Source: Arthrobacter sp. (GTDB lineage Bacteria > Actinomycetota > Actinomycetes > Actinomycetales > Micrococcaceae). Taken from it: a DNA stretch of 47,013 nt. Numbering within the stretch: position 1 is the stretch's first letter; the number at the start of each line of letters is the position of its first letter. Positions 45,266 through 47,013 of this stretch are shown piece after piece. The position numbers and the translations under genes were made by a program. The notes beneath the pieces are model-generated. The model made no database searches. It was not told the DNA's origin and saw nothing but the letters and a program-made list of their open reading frames with translations. Where the stretch lies: assembly GCA_035692345.1 (NCBI GenBank), contig DASSIA010000078.1, forward strand, positions 1 through 47,013. The letters run 5' to 3'.

Positions 45266-45354
45266 ACGGCTGAGGCACCCGGGCGTCATCGTTGAGGTGG
45301 AGCAGCATGCCGCGCGTGCGGTGGACCTACAATCAACAACAGACAGGAACGGTT

Positions 45355-46410
45355 ATGAAAGCCATCGTGTACGGAGGCCCAGGGAAGAAATCCTGGACAG
45401 ATGTCCCCGATCCGGCCATCCGGAATCCCAACGATGCCATTGTCAAGGTCGACACCACGACCATCTGCGGGACTGATCTGCACATCCTCAAAGGGGATGT
45501 GCCGGCTGTAACGGAAGGAAGAATCCTCGGCCATGAAGGGGTGGGAACCATCACCGAGGTGGGGTCGTCCGTCACCAGCCTGAAGCCGGGCGACCGGGTG
45601 ATCATTTCCTGCATCAAGTCCTGCGGCCATTGCGCCAACTGTAAGAGCGGCCTCTATTCGCATTGCCTGGGCGACGAGGGCGCCTCGGGCATCGGTTGGG
45701 TCTTCGGCCACCTGATCGACGGGACCCAGGCCGAGTACGTCCGGGTCCCCTACGCGGAGAACTCGCTGCACCTGCTGCCGGCCGGTGTGAGTGACGAACA
45801 GGCCGTTATGCTCTCCGATATTCTCCCTACGGGCTTCGAGATCGGCGTGCAATACGGGCGGGTAAAGCCCGGCGACACGGTGGCGGTGGTCGGGGCCGGC
45901 CCGGTGGGACTGGCGGCGATCGCCACGGCGGGGCTCTATGGAGCGGCCACCATCATCGCCGTCGACCTTGACGCGAACCGCCTGGAAAAGTCCCGTGCGT
46001 TTGGCGCAACCCACGTCGTGCTCTCAGGGGACTCCAACTGGAAGGAACAGGTGCTGGGCCTGACTGACGGCCAGGGCGTTGATGTGGCCATCGAGGCAGT
46101 GGGGATTCCCGAGACCTTCAGCATGTGTACCGAGATCGTCCGGCCGGGCGGGAACGTGGCCAACGTCGGTGTCCACGGAAAATCCGTGGAACTGCATATG
46201 GAGGACCTTTGGATCAAGAACATCAGCATCAGCATGGGACTCGTGAATGCCAACACCACTCCGATGCTGCTGAAACTCGTCGCCCAGAATAAGCTCCCGG
46301 CGGAGAAGTTCGCAACGCATCACTTCCGCTTTGACCAGTTCATGGATGCCTACGACACGTTCGCCCGTGCCGCGGAAACAAACGCCCTGAAGGTGGTGAT
46401 CACGGCATGA
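45355..46410 (+). CDS. Zinc-dependent alcohol dehydrogenase (MDR family)
   Basis: ICGTDLH, GHEGVG, CGHCANC...C structural Zn, SDILPTG, GAGPVG. Confidence 0.94.
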   Translation: MKAIVYGGPGKKSWTDVPDPAIRNPNDAIVKVDTTTICGTDLHILKGDVPAVTEGRILGHEGVGTITEVGSSVTSLKPGDRVIISCIKSCGHCANCKSGLYSHCLGDEGASGIGWVFGHLIDGTQAEYVRVPYAENSLHLLPAGVSDEQAVMLSDILPTGFEIGVQYGRVKPGDTVAVVGAGPVGLAAIATAGLYGAATIIAVDLDANRLEKSRAFGATHVVLSGDSNWKEQVLGLTDGQGVDVAIEAVGIPETFSMCTEIVRPGGNVANVGVHGKSVELHMEDLWIKNISISMGLVNANTTPMLLKLVAQNKLPAEKFATHHFRFDQFMDAYDTFARAAETNALKVVITA

Positions 46411-46865
46411 AAGCCCATATTGTCTTCGACTCCGCTTACGGAAACACCAAGGCGGTTGCAGAGGCCATCGCACAAGGCCTCAGACCCATCCGCGCTGCAG
46501 CTGTTTCCGTGACTGACTTCGACCCCGGGAACCTGTCTGCCGGCGACCTTCTCATCGTCGGCTCCCCCATCAACGGCTGGCGGCCCACCCCCAAAATCAC
46601 GGAACTGCTGGGGGAGTTGGGCAACGGCAAGCTCGAGGGCATCAAGGCGGCAGCGTTCGACACCCGCGTCCGGTTCTTCATCCATGGCGACGCTGCAAAG
46701 AAGATAACCAAGTTGCTCAAGGAAGGCGGCGCCAACATCCTTTCAGCGCCCGCCCTCTTTTATGTCCAGGGCAGCGAAGGGCCCCTGCGCGGCGGAGAAC
46801 TGGAGAAAGCAGCGGATTGGGCAAGGAGCCTGGCTTCGGCGTTGGAGCACAAAGGAGCAACATGA
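46407..46865 (+). CDS. Flavodoxin family protein
   Basis: FDSAYGNTKAVAEAI FMN loop, VGSP, AAFDTR, GPL..GELEKA..W. Confidence 0.9.
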   Translation: MKAHIVFDSAYGNTKAVAEAIAQGLRPIRAAAVSVTDFDPGNLSAGDLLIVGSPINGWRPTPKITELLGELGNGKLEGIKAAAFDTRVRFFIHGDAAKKITKLLKEGGANILSAPALFYVQGSEGPLRGGELEKAADWARSLASALEHKGAT

Positions 46866-47013
46866 AGGCGGTCATCACTTGCGAATTCTTCTACGGCCAC
46901 ACACGCGGTCGCCGAAACGGCAGCGCAAGGGCCTGAGCGCCTGCCCGGGCCCGCCTGAGGGCTCCACATGAGCACGGCAGCGGCGCCCTCCCCGGCCGGA
47001 GCTGACTCGCCGG
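46862..47013 (+). pseudogene. Disrupted second flavodoxin gene
   Basis: AAGGAG RBS and ATGA overlap. MKAVITCEFFYGHT resembles the flavodoxin N-terminus, but AVAETAAQG continues in another frame, and both frames hit TGA before 46960. Confidence 0.65.

Noticed and set aside
1-47013. CRISPR arrays, tRNA/rRNA genes, transposases, integrases, phage or defence genes
   Set aside because: No repeat-spacer periodicity, tRNA-like pattern or relevant protein motifs were seen by eye; short RNAs could still have been missed.

Overview
High-GC actinobacterial chromosomal DNA, most likely Micrococcaceae (Arthrobacter/Pseudarthrobacter-like; inferred from gene content, not certain). It holds about 45 CDS and no rRNA, tRNA, CRISPR or IS element that I could see. 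Left half (1-24 kb): ggt (truncated by the window edge), an MFS transporter, an EF-G paralogue (EF-G2), a 2H phosphoesterase, a standalone 5'-3' exonuclease, a cytochrome b/Mo-oxidoreductase fusion, pobA with an IclR regulator, a deacetylase-GT2 synthase, and a LacI-controlled ABC/GH32 fructoside cluster with two matching operators. Right half (24.2-47 kb) looks like one co-regulated hypoxia/dormancy island. A DosR/OsdR-like 16-bp box (consensus ~GKGACYTTYGGCCCTW) precedes nearly every transcription unit at a fixed distance from a -10 hexamer, and three genes start exactly 34 nt after the box. The island contains an unusual acsA-pdhA-pdhB-pdhC-ACP operon with no E3 and a double-PSBD E2, four universal stress proteins, a DUF4389-like gene with a P1B-5 ATPase, an uncharacterised five-gene membrane operon, a YxlEFG-like ABC module, a Zn-ADH, a flavodoxin and a decayed flavodoxin copy. 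All family assignments come from motif recognition by eye; no database search was run.
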